A DNA stretch of 27,765 nucleotides from IMG/VR virus record IMGVR_UViG_2910596823_000004. One strand, written 5' to 3'. This stretch comes from a virus. Taxonomy: Duplodnaviria > Heunggongvirae > Uroviricota > Caudoviricetes. How positions within the stretch are numbered: the first letter of the stretch is position 1; every line of letters begins with the position of its first letter. The translations under genes and the position numbers were made by a program. Under the pieces are notes generated by a model. That model was not told where the DNA came from. It did no database searches and worked only from the letters and a program-made list of their open reading frames with translations. Shown one piece after another: positions 6,093 through 16,065 of this stretch.

Positions 6093-9000
6093 CAATTACC
6101 TCCCTTTAAAACAGACATTTCTCCACGGAGTTCGCGCACTTCTTCACGTAACTCCTTCACAGCCTCGACCAACATGCCGATCACACCGTTATAGTTCAGA
6201 CGTAAACGCGCTTGGCCGGACTGATCATTGTGGTCGACAGTTACCAGCTCAGGCTGGACCTTCTGAACGTCCTGCGCGATAAGCCCGCCAGACTGTTCGT
6301 AACGGTCATAGACCTGAATTTCATATAGAACGCCTTCAATCCGCTCTAACTTGTCGAGCGCCCGTTCAATCTTGCGAATATTACGTTTGCTACGACGGTC
6401 AGAGCGGATATAAACGTCGTTAAAACTACCATTGCCACCGCAATACCACACGCCATCGTTCTGCAGAAAAGCCTGTGCATCCGTTCCGTTAGCAGTACGC
6501 GATTTGTTAATCATGTAGAACCCGAACTGCGAGTTCCCCAACCCACCGACCATAAAGTAACGATCGGCGTGCTCCTGACGAACAATTGCTGATGCGGAGG
6601 AGGTATTTACAGCGGAGCTGTTTGAAAGCGCAGCGTTAGTCCTCATGTCGATCCACGATGTGCTCGACGTCGGGATTCGGATATTTCCGCTCGTGACATC
6701 CACCCCTCCCCCAACGCTCAAGCCATTCCCCATTGAAACTGCACCGCTTGCGTTTGCAATAGTAATCGGTCGTAAAGCATTCCAACTTCCAAGCGGATCT
6801 CCAGATGCGGTCAAAAGGAAATAGGTGTTCCCCCCATCATTTCTGATAAAGAAACCATAGTTGCCATATGCCGCGCGGTAGGCGTTGGCCGATCTGGAAA
6901 TGATATCCCCTGCTGCAGTCAGACCACCTGAAAGCGTGCCACCGGACAAAGGCAAAGCCCCCACATCTGCGGCGCTCGGCTTGTTGAGTGTGGTGTAGAG
7001 CTGTGCCCACGCCGACCAATTTGCATCACTAGCATCACGGCGAGAACGAACGTAAACTGGCGCATGAGTACCGCTCGTTCCGCTCCAGCCAATCAATAGT
7101 TCACCTTCACCTGAAGACGCCGCACCTTTAAGATGAATGACGTTGCCATAAGTCGTTGGGTAATTGTTGCTGTAGGCTTCATACATTTGTATGCCGGGCA
7201 TTGCCCCCTGGGAGTTAGCTTCCAGCGCTGCGACTCTCCCGCGTGACACAAGTGTGGGAATGGAGATATTTGCTGACCCGTCAAAAGACACGTTATTAAT
7301 CGTTCTTGGGGTCTGTAGCTTAGTCGCTGTTGCTGCATTGCCTGTTGTACTCTGATTACCCGCAGTATTTACGCCCGGCAAATTGATATCAGTTGACCCA
7401 TCAAAAGAAACTCCGCCAATTTTTCGCGCTGTTTGCAGTTTTGTCGCCGTACCAGCATTGCCCGTAGTGCTCTGATTGCCTGCTGTGTTTACGCCAGGTA
7501 AGTTGATATCGGCTGACCCATCAAAAGAAACCCCACCAATTTTTCGGGCCGCCTGCAGCTTCGTCGCTGTGGCTGCATTACCGGAAGTATTCTGATTACC
7601 CGATGTATTTACGCCTGGTAGATTGATATCTGCGGAGCCATCGAAAGACACACCTCCGATACTACGAGCGATCTGGAGCTTGCTCGCCGTTGCAGCGTTA
7701 CCGGAAGTACTCTGGTTGCCCTGAGCATTCACCCCCGGAAGCACGATATCTTTGCTGCCATCGAACAATACGCCACCGATGCTGCGAGCGGTCTGCAGTA
7801 CAGTCGCTGAACTTGCGTTACCCATGAGCGATCCGGTAATAGAGCCATCTGCATCGGAAAGCACACGATGATAAACAACTCCCACAACGGCGTTTTCCGG
7901 TAGCGTATCCAGAACCTCAAAAACTTCCAGGGTCTCTACCGCTGCGCCAGAGAACTGAAGGTTAACAATCAGCTTCTGAGCACCCGCACCGGCATTCAGA
8001 TAGATATCGTAGTTGTCCTCATCGGTGTTCACAGTGGCTACGTTCTGCACGGCAGAATCCATTGTGCGATAGGTAACTACATTCAGGCCACGCGGATCGC
8101 CACTAGCTGTTCGAAGCACTATGTCGGCCATTGCCGCCTGATAAGGGCTGTTGACTTCATATCCCGCACCGCCAATGATCTCGATATAAACGGTGCTGGT
8201 CGACTGCGGCATACGTGCGCGCGAAATCTTCACCCATTTAGGCGAATCGGTAGTTAGGTCCATCTCTGCGGAAGTCCCTTTCCACTTCACGCTCGCTACA
8301 CTTGATTGGGCATTCTGAGCATACTCATACGCCTTATCCTCAGACTCTTTCGCTTTTGTTTGGGATATTTTTGCTTCACCCGCGGAGGTTGACGCCTCGG
8401 TTGCCTTCTTCGATGCGAGCACAGCGGACTCAGCCGCCTCATTCGCTTTGACTTCTATCCCAGCCAGAGAATCTGCCGCTGTTGTTGCCGACGCAGCTGC
8501 ACTCGTCTCTGACTTCTTAGCTTCACCTGCGCTCAATGCAGCGGCTTCTTTGCTGGCTAACGCAGCATCAGCGTATTCGCCAGATGCCGAAGCACTATTA
8601 GCCGCAGCCTCGGCACTCAGACCTGCGGCAGATTCACTCTCAGCAGCAGCCTTCTGCGATGCGTCGGCGTTGGTTTCTGAAACTTTGGCCGCAGCAGCAC
8701 TGGCCACCGACTCCCCGGCGCTCGAAGCAGCATGAGTTTCTGACTCCTTAGCCGCATTTTTCGAGGCCAGCGCATCAGCTGCACTACCAGCGGCGGCCTG
8801 CTCTGAGGCAGAGGCATTGGTTTCAGAGGTTTTTGCAGCAGCAGCAGAGTCAGACGCAGCAGACGCTGAAGCAGAGGCTTCGGATGCACTGGTCGCAGCC
8901 TGAGCTTCAGATGCTTTAGCCGCATCTTTGGATGCCGCGGCACTCGTGGCTGATTCACCAGCTTCAGTCGCTTTGGCAGACGCTGTCGCGGCAGACGCAG

Positions 9001-9646
9001 CAGCATCGACCTTGAGGCTTTCAGCATTGGTTTCAGACGTTTTGGCAGCGGATGCACTTACACCGGCAGCGCTTTCTGATGCAGCTGCGGCGGTAGCACT
9101 CTGGCTTGCTTCGGTGGCTTTGGTCGTCGCTGTATTGGCGCTTTCCGCAGCGGCCGCAGCACTGGCAGCGGCTGCTTTGGCCTTTTCACCAGCGGCATCG
9201 ATAGCGTCGGTATTGTCTTTGTACCATTGCTGATTGGCATTGTGCTCATTGACGATCTGCGTCAGCGACTTCACGGTCACTTCCGTACCGTCTTCACGCT
9301 CAAGCGTGACCTCATCAACAGCTGTCAACCAGCTGCGCATCGTCTTCGAGTCGGCTGACATACGGGTCATTAGCGCGGTAAAACGTGCGCTGAACTGCGT
9401 TAAATCGCCCTCATAGGTTGTAATGATGCGGCACGGAACTTCCGTCTGGGTTTCGCCTGAATACGGCTCCACCAGCAGCAGGATGGTGTCATTGAGTACG
9501 CGCTTAATTTCGTGCAGTTTGTTATCAGGGCCAATGACAATCATGCCCGGCAGCACACCATTCACGGTAACGTTCCAGAACGTACCGGTGCCGGTGAGTG
9601 TGTCACTCCCCTGTGTAAATGTGATAGTACCTTCCCTGTACCACAT
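6092..9646 (-). CDS. Long side tail fibre with a C-terminal intramolecular chaperone (peptidase S74-like)
   Basis: 1184 aa: MWYREGTI attachment domain, Ala/Ser-rich repeats, 40-aa repeats, gp37-like segments (YGFFIRNDG), and a C-terminal RSDRRSKRNI...GLIAQDVQ...LNYNG chaperone signature. Confidence 0.92.
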   Translation of the reverse strand: MWYREGTITFTQGSDTLTGTGTFWNVTVNGVLPGMIVIGPDNKLHEIKRVLNDTILLLVEPYSGETQTEVPCRIITTYEGDLTQFSARFTALMTRMSADSKTMRSWLTAVDEVTLEREDGTEVTVKSLTQIVNEHNANQQWYKDNTDAIDAAGEKAKAAAASAAAAAESANTATTKATEASQSATAAAASESAAGVSASAAKTSETNAESLKVDAAASAATASAKATEAGESATSAAASKDAAKASEAQAATSASEASASASAASDSAAAAKTSETNASASEQAAAGSAADALASKNAAKESETHAASSAGESVASAAAAKVSETNADASQKAAAESESAAGLSAEAAANSASASGEYADAALASKEAAALSAGEAKKSETSAAASATTAADSLAGIEVKANEAAESAVLASKKATEASTSAGEAKISQTKAKESEDKAYEYAQNAQSSVASVKWKGTSAEMDLTTDSPKWVKISRARMPQSTSTVYIEIIGGAGYEVNSPYQAAMADIVLRTASGDPRGLNVVTYRTMDSAVQNVATVNTDEDNYDIYLNAGAGAQKLIVNLQFSGAAVETLEVFEVLDTLPENAVVGVVYHRVLSDADGSITGSLMGNASSATVLQTARSIGGVLFDGSKDIVLPGVNAQGNQSTSGNAATASKLQIARSIGGVSFDGSADINLPGVNTSGNQNTSGNAATATKLQAARKIGGVSFDGSADINLPGVNTAGNQSTTGNAGTATKLQTARKIGGVSFDGSTDINLPGVNTAGNQSTTGNAATATKLQTPRTINNVSFDGSANISIPTLVSRGRVAALEANSQGAMPGIQMYEAYSNNYPTTYGNVIHLKGAASSGEGELLIGWSGTSGTHAPVYVRSRRDASDANWSAWAQLYTTLNKPSAADVGALPLSGGTLSGGLTAAGDIISRSANAYRAAYGNYGFFIRNDGGNTYFLLTASGDPLGSWNALRPITIANASGAVSMGNGLSVGGGVDVTSGNIRIPTSSTSWIDMRTNAALSNSSAVNTSSASAIVRQEHADRYFMVGGLGNSQFGFYMINKSRTANGTDAQAFLQNDGVWYCGGNGSFNDVYIRSDRRSKRNIRKIERALDKLERIEGVLYEIQVYDRYEQSGGLIAQDVQKVQPELVTVDHNDQSGQARLRLNYNGVIGMLVEAVKELREEVRELRGEMSVLKGGN
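7256..7822 (-). repeat. Tandem 120-bp (40-aa) coding repeat, 4 full copies plus 1 partial
   Basis: GNA(A)TA.KLQ.AR.IGGVSFDGS.DINLPGVNT.GNQ.T. units start at 7822, 7702, 7582, 7462 and 7342. Confidence 0.92.
8320..9200 (-). repeat. Low-complexity Ala/Ser-rich (AAxSETNA-type) fibre shaft repeats
   Basis: Recurrent AK.SETNA / SA.AAA motifs in the translation; boundaries are approximate. Confidence 0.8.
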
Positions 9647-9658
9647 ATTCGCTCCTTG

Positions 9659-9682
9659 ATAAGACGGGCATCCTCGCCCGTC
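9659..9682 (-). terminator. Hairpin (weak terminator) upstream of the fibre gene, loop GAGGAT
   Basis: GACGGGC-GAGGAT-GCCCGTC followed by TTAT. Confidence 0.5.
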
Positions 9683-9684
9683 AT

Positions 9685-9702
9685 TAAGTAAGTACCTACT
9701 TA
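9685..9702. promoter_or_regulatory. 18-bp palindromic box, copy B (TAAGTAAGTACCTACTTA)
   Basis: 1 mismatch to consensus; lies in the J-fibre intergenic region. Confidence 0.75.
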
Positions 9703-9733
9703 TTTTTACCGATATGAAGAAATATTTCTACTG

Positions 9734-12700
9734 TCAAAGAAGCCCAATCCTCACCCGGAGAACGTTGTTGTCGTCATAGACATCGATACGCTGGCCGTTG
9801 ATGACCAGACGACCGTTACCGCCACTATTGCCGTTGATCTCCAGCACGCCATTTTTCCCAAAGCGCCATCCTGAACGGCCAGAGATAAAGTTGGTGGACT
9901 GTAGGTCGCCAACTTTGGCGTTGGTGATTGTTCCATCCTTGATAAAAGCGCCGTTCATGTAAGCAACGCTGTTTTCGACCACAAACGGTGTGGTGATTTT
10001 CCCGTTAACCGAGTTCACAAGACCAAAGCGGTCTGCTTGAACAAGGAACTGAGAAAGACCTGTGCTATCAATGCCCAGCGCGATACCGGCAACATATTTC
10101 TGGCCACCGCTCGTGGAGGTCTCCATTTTAAGCGTCCACGCTGTCGAAACCTTTTTGTTGGTATCGGCAATTGCCTGGGCCTGCTGCTGGATAGTGGCCG
10201 AGTTGCCATCTACTTCAGCCTTAATCGTATCAATACGACCACCTAGTGCTTTATCGGCTTCCGCGCGTGCGGTTGCTTCAGAAGTAATAGCGGCACTGAT
10301 ATCTTTTCCTGTCTGAGCCTGCAAATTGGTGATTTGCCCTGCCAGCGCAGAGTCGGCATCGGTTCTGGCTTTCGTTTCTTCCGCAACAGCCGCCTTAATG
10401 TCGGCACCTGTTTGGGCCTTTAGTGTTGTGATTTGTTGTGCCAACGATTCGTCGGCGGTCGCTCTTGCAATCTGCTCTTCGGCTAGCGCCGCGCTGATAT
10501 CTCCCTCAACCTTCGCTTGCAATGTTGTGATCTGCTTCGACAACGACTCATCCGCCGTTGCACGAGCCTCTTGTTCGGTCACAATTGCCGCAGCGATATC
10601 GTCGTTAATCTGAGCTTCAAGCTTGGTTATTTGGGTCGCAATAGCCTTATCAGCCTCAACACGAGCCGTCGTTTCTTCAGTGATAGAAGCGCGAATATCT
10701 TCACCAATTTCTGCGCGGATCTCTTCCACTTTCGAGGCCATTGCAGACATATCGTCGGCAAACGTCTTCTGAGTGGTTGCGATCTTCGCGTTATTGACCA
10801 TCTGCTTGTGCTGGTCTTCATCCTGACGCAGAGCGAGATCGATATTGGTTTTGGCCAATGCCTCAATATTGGTGGTTACTTCCGCGCTGGCTCGCTCGAC
10901 TTCGGCCACAGTTTTCTTCATCTCTTCAACAGCAGCAACGCTATCGTCAACAGAAGACTTCATCGCCTCAATCTGTTTGGCGTTCGCCATATCGCCTTCT
11001 ACTCGGGCCTCACGTTCTTCGGCAATCAATGCAGAAGCATTATCGAGTGCTGCATGAGCTGCTTCGACCGCGCCAGCTACGGCTTTGCCCTGCTCGGATA
11101 CAGTTTCCTGTAACTCAACTAAAGCCGCATTGGAATCTTCAACCTGTTGCAGAGCGTCATTGACCTTATCCAAAGTGCCGGACACTTCCGTTTTAAGCCC
11201 GTTTTGCGCTTCTTCTAGTCTCTGATCTGCCGCCGTCAACTTGTCATCGAGATCTTTGAGGCTTTCCTCCATCTGCTGATAGATAGAATCAACAGCCTCC
11301 TGAGAAACCTTAGAGTCGATTTCCTCAAGCAACTCCTGTCCCAACTCAGAAGATGTGATTTTCCCTGTCAGGAATGAGAGAACATCCTTTGTCATCGCCT
11401 CGGTACCCAAATTGGAGTTCGGCGGACTCAACATGCCTCTCTTATTTGCCGCGCGAACCCAATAGAACCACGTTTCGCTATCCCCCAAACCTGCATGGGT
11501 GAAAGTAGTACTGGCGGCCTCGGCAATCAGTTTTGCGGTGTCCAGGTCGTTGGTCTGTGACGCATACACGTTGATGTGGTCGAGATCGATTGAATCAGGG
11601 TTAACCCAATTCAGAATCACGTTGCGATAGTCACCCACGGCCGTCAACGCAGTCGGTGCGCCTGGCGGTGTCATCGTTCCCTGAACTTTATAGACTGTAC
11701 TGATGATCTCAGTCTTTTTGCCGCTGAATGACACAGCATAAAGCTGGATATCATATTGGCCGTTCTCGGCAATATTGATGATTTCGTACTGCTCTTCAGT
11801 GACACGCGCGGACTGCCAGTTAGAAACGTTGTTCTCGTCCGAGCGACGCCAACTGATCCAATACTCAGCAGACTTACCTTCCCAGGTCGCAATAAGCTTG
11901 ATGGAAAGGTTGCCTGGGCTGGAAATATACGTTCCTTCCGTCACCTGCAGGTTTGTCGGCTTCGAGTATGTTGGATCGAGAACGGTGTTGTTCTCCGGAA
12001 TCAGCGTCGCCCCATTGTCTATCGCTTCGTACTTCGAAGGGTTATTCTGGACGACCGTCACATCGAAAGACCCTTGCGCATCACCCTGTGCAACGTTGAT
12101 AACGCGTACTCGCATTGGCTCCAGGTCTGGTTCGGTGATAGTCCAGATGCCATTCATTACTGGCATTTCGCCGGATGCCAGAGACTTCGAGAACGTCACT
12201 TTAGTGATATTCTCCCCCGTCTCCAGAATGTCGCGTTCGACGATCTTGCCTTCCTGGTTCAAGATGCGAATGTAGCTGCCGCTTTTCTTCAACGATACTG
12301 GTGCGTCTAATGTGATGCTGTTCTTGTTAAAGGACATAATGCGACCGGAGTTGCGTTTGCCCGAACGGTACTTGTTCTGGATCAGCACGGTTTCACCTGG
12401 CATCAAGAACGAAGCATCAAGACCTGCAGTAAAGGTGATAACGTCAGACTCCATGCGAGCGGTATACAGCAACCACAAACCGACACGATGCGCCTGGCCA
12501 CGGCTGGTACAACCGAACGCAACCACTTCGGTTTTGCGCTCGCCATAACGACGCATCGCCTCCTGGTCTTCGACGTACTCGATGTTCTGTTTGTAGCCGT
12601 CTTCTTTGTTGTTGTAGGTGACAAGGGCAACGGAAGGACGATCTTTGCGAGCTGAACCTTTATAGCTGAACAGGCCATCTTTGACGTTTGCGTTGGTAAA

Positions 12701-13891
12701 CATCATGACCGGGTCTGACGGGCTGTCCTGCATGACGTTGACCATTCCACCAGCCCAGAAGACCATACCGCGGAAGGCGCCAGCGATATCCTGAATCAGT
12801 CGATAAGCATCCTGCCGGCTGGTTATCTGGGTGTTGATGGCGAAACGCTTCTCCTTGCCGCCGAAACCATCGTCGACCTCTTCGTCGCAATAGCGACCGA
12901 TCTGATACATCTGTCCAAGATCAATCATGGACTCAGAGACAAACTGCCCAAGGCCATATCGGGCGTTGGTCAGAACGTCGAAGAGAATCCAGGCTGGGTT
13001 AGAAGAAGACAGCAGCTTAAACGTACCGTCCCAAACACCAACATAGGTATTGGTGTTCTCGTTGTAGTTTGACGGCACGCGGATTTTCAAACCACGCACC
13101 AGATACGAACGAGAAGGCATAGAGCTGCCGAACTGCTCTGAGTTAACCTTGAGTCCAACAAGCGCAGAGTTCGGATAGTTCATTGGCGTATCGACGATCT
13201 CACCGATGGAGTCCACCCACGTATCGTTATAGAGATACTGAGTTTTGCTGTCGTCGGTTAGGCGTATGACACGAACCTTATATGCGCGGCCAGGTTTCGG
13301 CAGTTTGAGTTCGTAGCTGCGATAGTAAACACCTGTCTTCTTCGCTGTCAGGGCAACTTCAACACTTTTCTCGCCTTCAGCAACTACATCAGCAAATGTT
13401 CCATCGCCATTGGCGATCTGAAACTTGTATTTGACTGTTGTGCCGTTGGTGTCACCCGATTTCTTATCCACGCTACGCAGAGAGGGAAATTTGAGGATGA
13501 CGCGAACGCGGTCAGCTTCATCGTTATCGATGGAGACTGTCACCTCATGTGTCTTTTTCAGCTGAATGTTGATGGATTTGGGCGTTTCAACAAAATCGAA
13601 ACCGTCCATCGGCGTCTGGTCTTGCGAGCCGTCACGAAAGTCCCAAGTAATACCGCTGTAGTTTGCAGAGCCGTCTTCATTGAGAATCGGCAGATCGTCG
13701 ATGAAAATCGACTTTGCTCCGTTTACAAGACCGCCAATAACGCCTTCCCCGAGCAAGTCGAGGATAGACGCCATAGCACGCGAGTTAACGGTATCATCAG
13801 CTTCAACCGGCGTGCGGCTGGAGCTGCTGCTTTTCTTGCCGCCTGCACCTGCGATCAGGAGAGGCAGCCTTTTCTTCTTGAACTGTTCCAT
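9734..13891 (-). CDS. Central tail fibre / host-specificity protein (lambda J-like)
   Basis: About 1385 aa (ATG of MEQF preferred over the TTG at 13897). YPNSALVG, SNPAWIL and GCTSRGQAHRVG motifs, FN3-like region, coiled coil, and C-terminal FLVQADRF...ITNAKVG DUF1983-type segment. Confidence 0.95.
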   Translation of the reverse strand: MEQFKKKRLPLLIAGAGGKKSSSSSRTPVEADDTVNSRAMASILDLLGEGVIGGLVNGAKSIFIDDLPILNEDGSANYSGITWDFRDGSQDQTPMDGFDFVETPKSINIQLKKTHEVTVSIDNDEADRVRVILKFPSLRSVDKKSGDTNGTTVKYKFQIANGDGTFADVVAEGEKSVEVALTAKKTGVYYRSYELKLPKPGRAYKVRVIRLTDDSKTQYLYNDTWVDSIGEIVDTPMNYPNSALVGLKVNSEQFGSSMPSRSYLVRGLKIRVPSNYNENTNTYVGVWDGTFKLLSSSNPAWILFDVLTNARYGLGQFVSESMIDLGQMYQIGRYCDEEVDDGFGGKEKRFAINTQITSRQDAYRLIQDIAGAFRGMVFWAGGMVNVMQDSPSDPVMMFTNANVKDGLFSYKGSARKDRPSVALVTYNNKEDGYKQNIEYVEDQEAMRRYGERKTEVVAFGCTSRGQAHRVGLWLLYTARMESDVITFTAGLDASFLMPGETVLIQNKYRSGKRNSGRIMSFNKNSITLDAPVSLKKSGSYIRILNQEGKIVERDILETGENITKVTFSKSLASGEMPVMNGIWTITEPDLEPMRVRVINVAQGDAQGSFDVTVVQNNPSKYEAIDNGATLIPENNTVLDPTYSKPTNLQVTEGTYISSPGNLSIKLIATWEGKSAEYWISWRRSDENNVSNWQSARVTEEQYEIINIAENGQYDIQLYAVSFSGKKTEIISTVYKVQGTMTPPGAPTALTAVGDYRNVILNWVNPDSIDLDHINVYASQTNDLDTAKLIAEAASTTFTHAGLGDSETWFYWVRAANKRGMLSPPNSNLGTEAMTKDVLSFLTGKITSSELGQELLEEIDSKVSQEAVDSIYQQMEESLKDLDDKLTAADQRLEEAQNGLKTEVSGTLDKVNDALQQVEDSNAALVELQETVSEQGKAVAGAVEAAHAALDNASALIAEEREARVEGDMANAKQIEAMKSSVDDSVAAVEEMKKTVAEVERASAEVTTNIEALAKTNIDLALRQDEDQHKQMVNNAKIATTQKTFADDMSAMASKVEEIRAEIGEDIRASITEETTARVEADKAIATQITKLEAQINDDIAAAIVTEQEARATADESLSKQITTLQAKVEGDISAALAEEQIARATADESLAQQITTLKAQTGADIKAAVAEETKARTDADSALAGQITNLQAQTGKDISAAITSEATARAEADKALGGRIDTIKAEVDGNSATIQQQAQAIADTNKKVSTAWTLKMETSTSGGQKYVAGIALGIDSTGLSQFLVQADRFGLVNSVNGKITTPFVVENSVAYMNGAFIKDGTITNAKVGDLQSTNFISGRSGWRFGKNGVLEINGNSGGNGRLVINGQRIDVYDDNNVLRVRIGLL
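10208..10702 (-). repeat. Five 99-bp (33-aa) coiled-coil repeats within J
   Basis: DI.AAI..E..AR..AD..LA.QIT.L.A... units start at 10702, 10603, 10504, 10405 and 10306. Confidence 0.85.
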
Positions 13892-13909
13892 GTTCAAAAA
13901 AATCCCTTA

Positions 13910-14500
13910 TTACATAAGCTGGTCGATGGTGATAGAAGAACTCACAACCTGCGAGCCAACCAAAATTTCCTCTCCATAGATGAGCTGCACCGGGTTTCCC
14001 TGGTTAGTGGTGTTCTGCGGCCCATCGAAATAGAACGAGTCAGAGTTATCCGCCTGCCTTACACTGTCGTTCGTCGCCTGTGGTGAAATGAGTTGCGCGA
14101 CGCCGCCCATCATTAATGACAAACCGAGCGGAGCCAGGGCTGGAACCCAGATGGAGGCGACCATCAAAACAGCGCCCACCACCGTCTGAAACCAACCAAA
14201 CGCAGAGCCGCCACTACCGCGAGGAACTGGCGTAATTCGGATCTTCGCGATGTTGTCGGACTGCCCCATCATCTGGTACTCACCTTCGTCGACCGACCAT
14301 TTGTGGCCCTGCTTATTGGTGATCTGGATGTGGTATTTGTCGTAGGTTTTAAGGTTTCGCTTCATCCAGGCTTTGAATCCGGGGCGATTAGCCTCAATCA
14401 AATCCAGAGCCTGCTTGGTGTTGCGAACCTTCAAATGCCAGTGACGACCGAAGTGTTTGGCCATAGGGCCACCAAGTTGCACATGAACTAACTCAGACAC
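13910..14500 (-). CDS. Tail assembly protein (lambda I-like)
   Basis: GTG start; N-terminal ubiquitin-like domain, hydrophobic middle, and C-terminal FDGPQNTTNQGNPVQLIYGE motif. Confidence 0.92.
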   Translation of the reverse strand: MSELVHVQLGGPMAKHFGRHWHLKVRNTKQALDLIEANRPGFKAWMKRNLKTYDKYHIQITNKQGHKWSVDEGEYQMMGQSDNIAKIRITPVPRGSGGSAFGWFQTVVGAVLMVASIWVPALAPLGLSLMMGGVAQLISPQATNDSVRQADNSDSFYFDGPQNTTNQGNPVQLIYGEEILVGSQVVSSSITIDQLM

Positions 14501-15285
14501 GTCTCATCTCCCTTGAGTAAGTCTCTGTGACGCAGGTGGTGCGTCGTGTGTTTCTGGTACATGCCACCGTAATAAGCGCGACAACTCAGGCGGTCTATCT
14601 GGTGATGCAGGATCATGCCGTCTCCGATATACACCGCGCAGTGGTCAGGCATTTTTCCGTACTGGATGAAGAAGACATCGCCGCGCTGCGGTTCCGTCCC
14701 TGGCGCAAGACGCACAAGCCCTTCATTTCGATAGTTCTGGTCGAGAATGTCGTTGTCGCCCGTGTACCATGACGGGATATGCAGGTGCGCATTCGGATTC
14801 AGCTCAACACCAAACTCGCGTTTGAGATAGTCGCGGCAAAGCATCCAGCAGTCGAAGACACCGAACACATAGGGTCTCCCCAGATAAGGCATCTCAAAGC
14901 CGTCTGGGGTGATCACATTCATCTCACTGAAGTGAAATGGCGCATCGCCCTCGACGTTCTTGCGTACAGCCAGAATCAGCCACGGAACTTCCGTTGCCTC
15001 GCATCCGGCGCGATCGGCGTCTGACGCATCCGCTGATTCGTCAGTGTGGGAGTGCCAGATGGCAACCACGTCTCCCGCATCTTCCGCAGCGATAATGTCG
15101 TCAGCGTGCATAACAAACGTGTTTTCCGGGTACTCCGACACGTTCCGGGCTTCAATGAAGCGATATTTCTCGCCAGAGGTACGCACCAGAAAGCCACACG
15201 CTTCGTTCGGGTAGCGTTTGATGGCTGTCAGATAGATTTGTTGCATAACGTCCGAGCCAAGCTCAGGGAGCGCTTTATTACCCAT
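14488..15285 (-). CDS. Tail assembly protein (lambda K-like; JAB/MPN plus NlpC/P60)
   Basis: Start reassigned to MGNK. YPNEACG, HSH.....S..D JAB motif, FDCW catalytic Cys and HCAVY His. Confidence 0.93.
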   Translation of the reverse strand: MGNKALPELGSDVMQQIYLTAIKRYPNEACGFLVRTSGEKYRFIEARNVSEYPENTFVMHADDIIAAEDAGDVVAIWHSHTDESADASDADRAGCEATEVPWLILAVRKNVEGDAPFHFSEMNVITPDGFEMPYLGRPYVFGVFDCWMLCRDYLKREFGVELNPNAHLHIPSWYTGDNDILDQNYRNEGLVRLAPGTEPQRGDVFFIQYGKMPDHCAVYIGDGMILHHQIDRLSCRAYYGGMYQKHTTHHLRHRDLLKGDETCLS

Positions 15286-15976
15286 AACGCGTTGCTCCGA
15301 TGAACCCGCCAAAGTGGATTACGCCATTGGCAAAGTAGTTACGGCGAGCGTTGCATGAGTCGTAGCGTTTCGTGCAGTAATCCGCGCCTGACATGGTGGT
15401 TTGCTGGTTGTTTTTGTCGAAATATGGGCCGGTGTAGCCACACTCTGGGCCGCGGTATTTCCACGGGCAGGTGTTTTTGATGATCTGGCGGTACGGCAGC
15501 TGCACGCCCATCAGATCGAACACACTCGACAGCTCAAACTCGACGACCTCATGGGTTTCGAGAGTCTTCTGTTCGATGAACCACATCTCATCCGGGAAGT
15601 GCTGATTTGGATCTGCGGTTGGATTCCCGTCTTTGAAGTTGGCAGCGTCGAGAAAACGCGCCAGCGTCATCTTGCGGATGATGCGGCAACCCACCAGATC
15701 GTCGTTTGCCTGAACTTCAGCGGAGACAGTTCCTGCAAAGTTGGAGACCTGGATTTTTGGACGCGGCAAAGTACCCTGACCAGTCTTATCAAAGCCTGAC
15801 GCTTTGATTGGCCACGGTTCGTAGGACACGCCCTGCCAAACGACTGGCTCCATCAGTTCGTTTGTGCCGGCGTGGAAAAACAGCTTGCCCCCAGAGGTGG
15901 TGTTCGACATATCAAGTTCGAACAGCTCAATGAGCGCGGAGGGCGACAAGCTCTGAATATCAGTTTTAATACCCAT
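15278..15976 (-). CDS. Minor tail protein (lambda L-like)
   Basis: Start reassigned to MGIK (AAGGA RBS). PWPIKASGFD, LPRPKI and C-terminal CPWKYRGPECGY...C..RYDSC Fe-S Cys pattern. Confidence 0.93.
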   Translation of the reverse strand: MGIKTDIQSLSPSALIELFELDMSNTTSGGKLFFHAGTNELMEPVVWQGVSYEPWPIKASGFDKTGQGTLPRPKIQVSNFAGTVSAEVQANDDLVGCRIIRKMTLARFLDAANFKDGNPTADPNQHFPDEMWFIEQKTLETHEVVEFELSSVFDLMGVQLPYRQIIKNTCPWKYRGPECGYTGPYFDKNNQQTTMSGADYCTKRYDSCNARRNYFANGVIHFGGFIGATRYG

Positions 15977-15989
15977 CGTTTCTTCCTTG

Positions 15990-16022
15990 AAATAAAGAGG
16001 CGCCAACATCCTGTCAGCGCCT
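15990..16022 (-). terminator. Intrinsic terminator between M and L, loop AGGAT
   Basis: AGGCGCTGAC-AGGAT-GTTGGCGCCT followed by CTTTATTT. Confidence 0.7.
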
Positions 16023-16033
16023 ATAGATAATAG

Positions 16034-16051
16034 TAAATAAGTGCTTACTTA
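16034..16051. promoter_or_regulatory. 18-bp palindromic box, copy C (TAAATAAGTGCTTACTTA)
   Basis: 2 mismatches to consensus; lies in the M-L intergenic region. Confidence 0.72.
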
Positions 16052-16065
16052 TCTAGTAGGTTAAA

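Noticed and set aside
7256-7822. 120-bp periodic repeats as a CRISPR array
   Set aside because: No constant repeat with unique spacers; variation is synonymous and in frame inside the fibre gene; no cas genes.
5556-9646. Invertible tail-fibre cassette or diversity-generating retroelement
   Set aside because: No recombinase, no inverted alternative fibre ends or crossover sites, no reverse transcriptase and no TR/VR pair in the window.
9709-9737. Perfect TTGACA upstream of box B as a sigma70 promoter
   Set aside because: The hexamer 17 bp downstream is TATCGG (poor -10), and the TTGACA overlaps the J stop codon; not supported enough to call.
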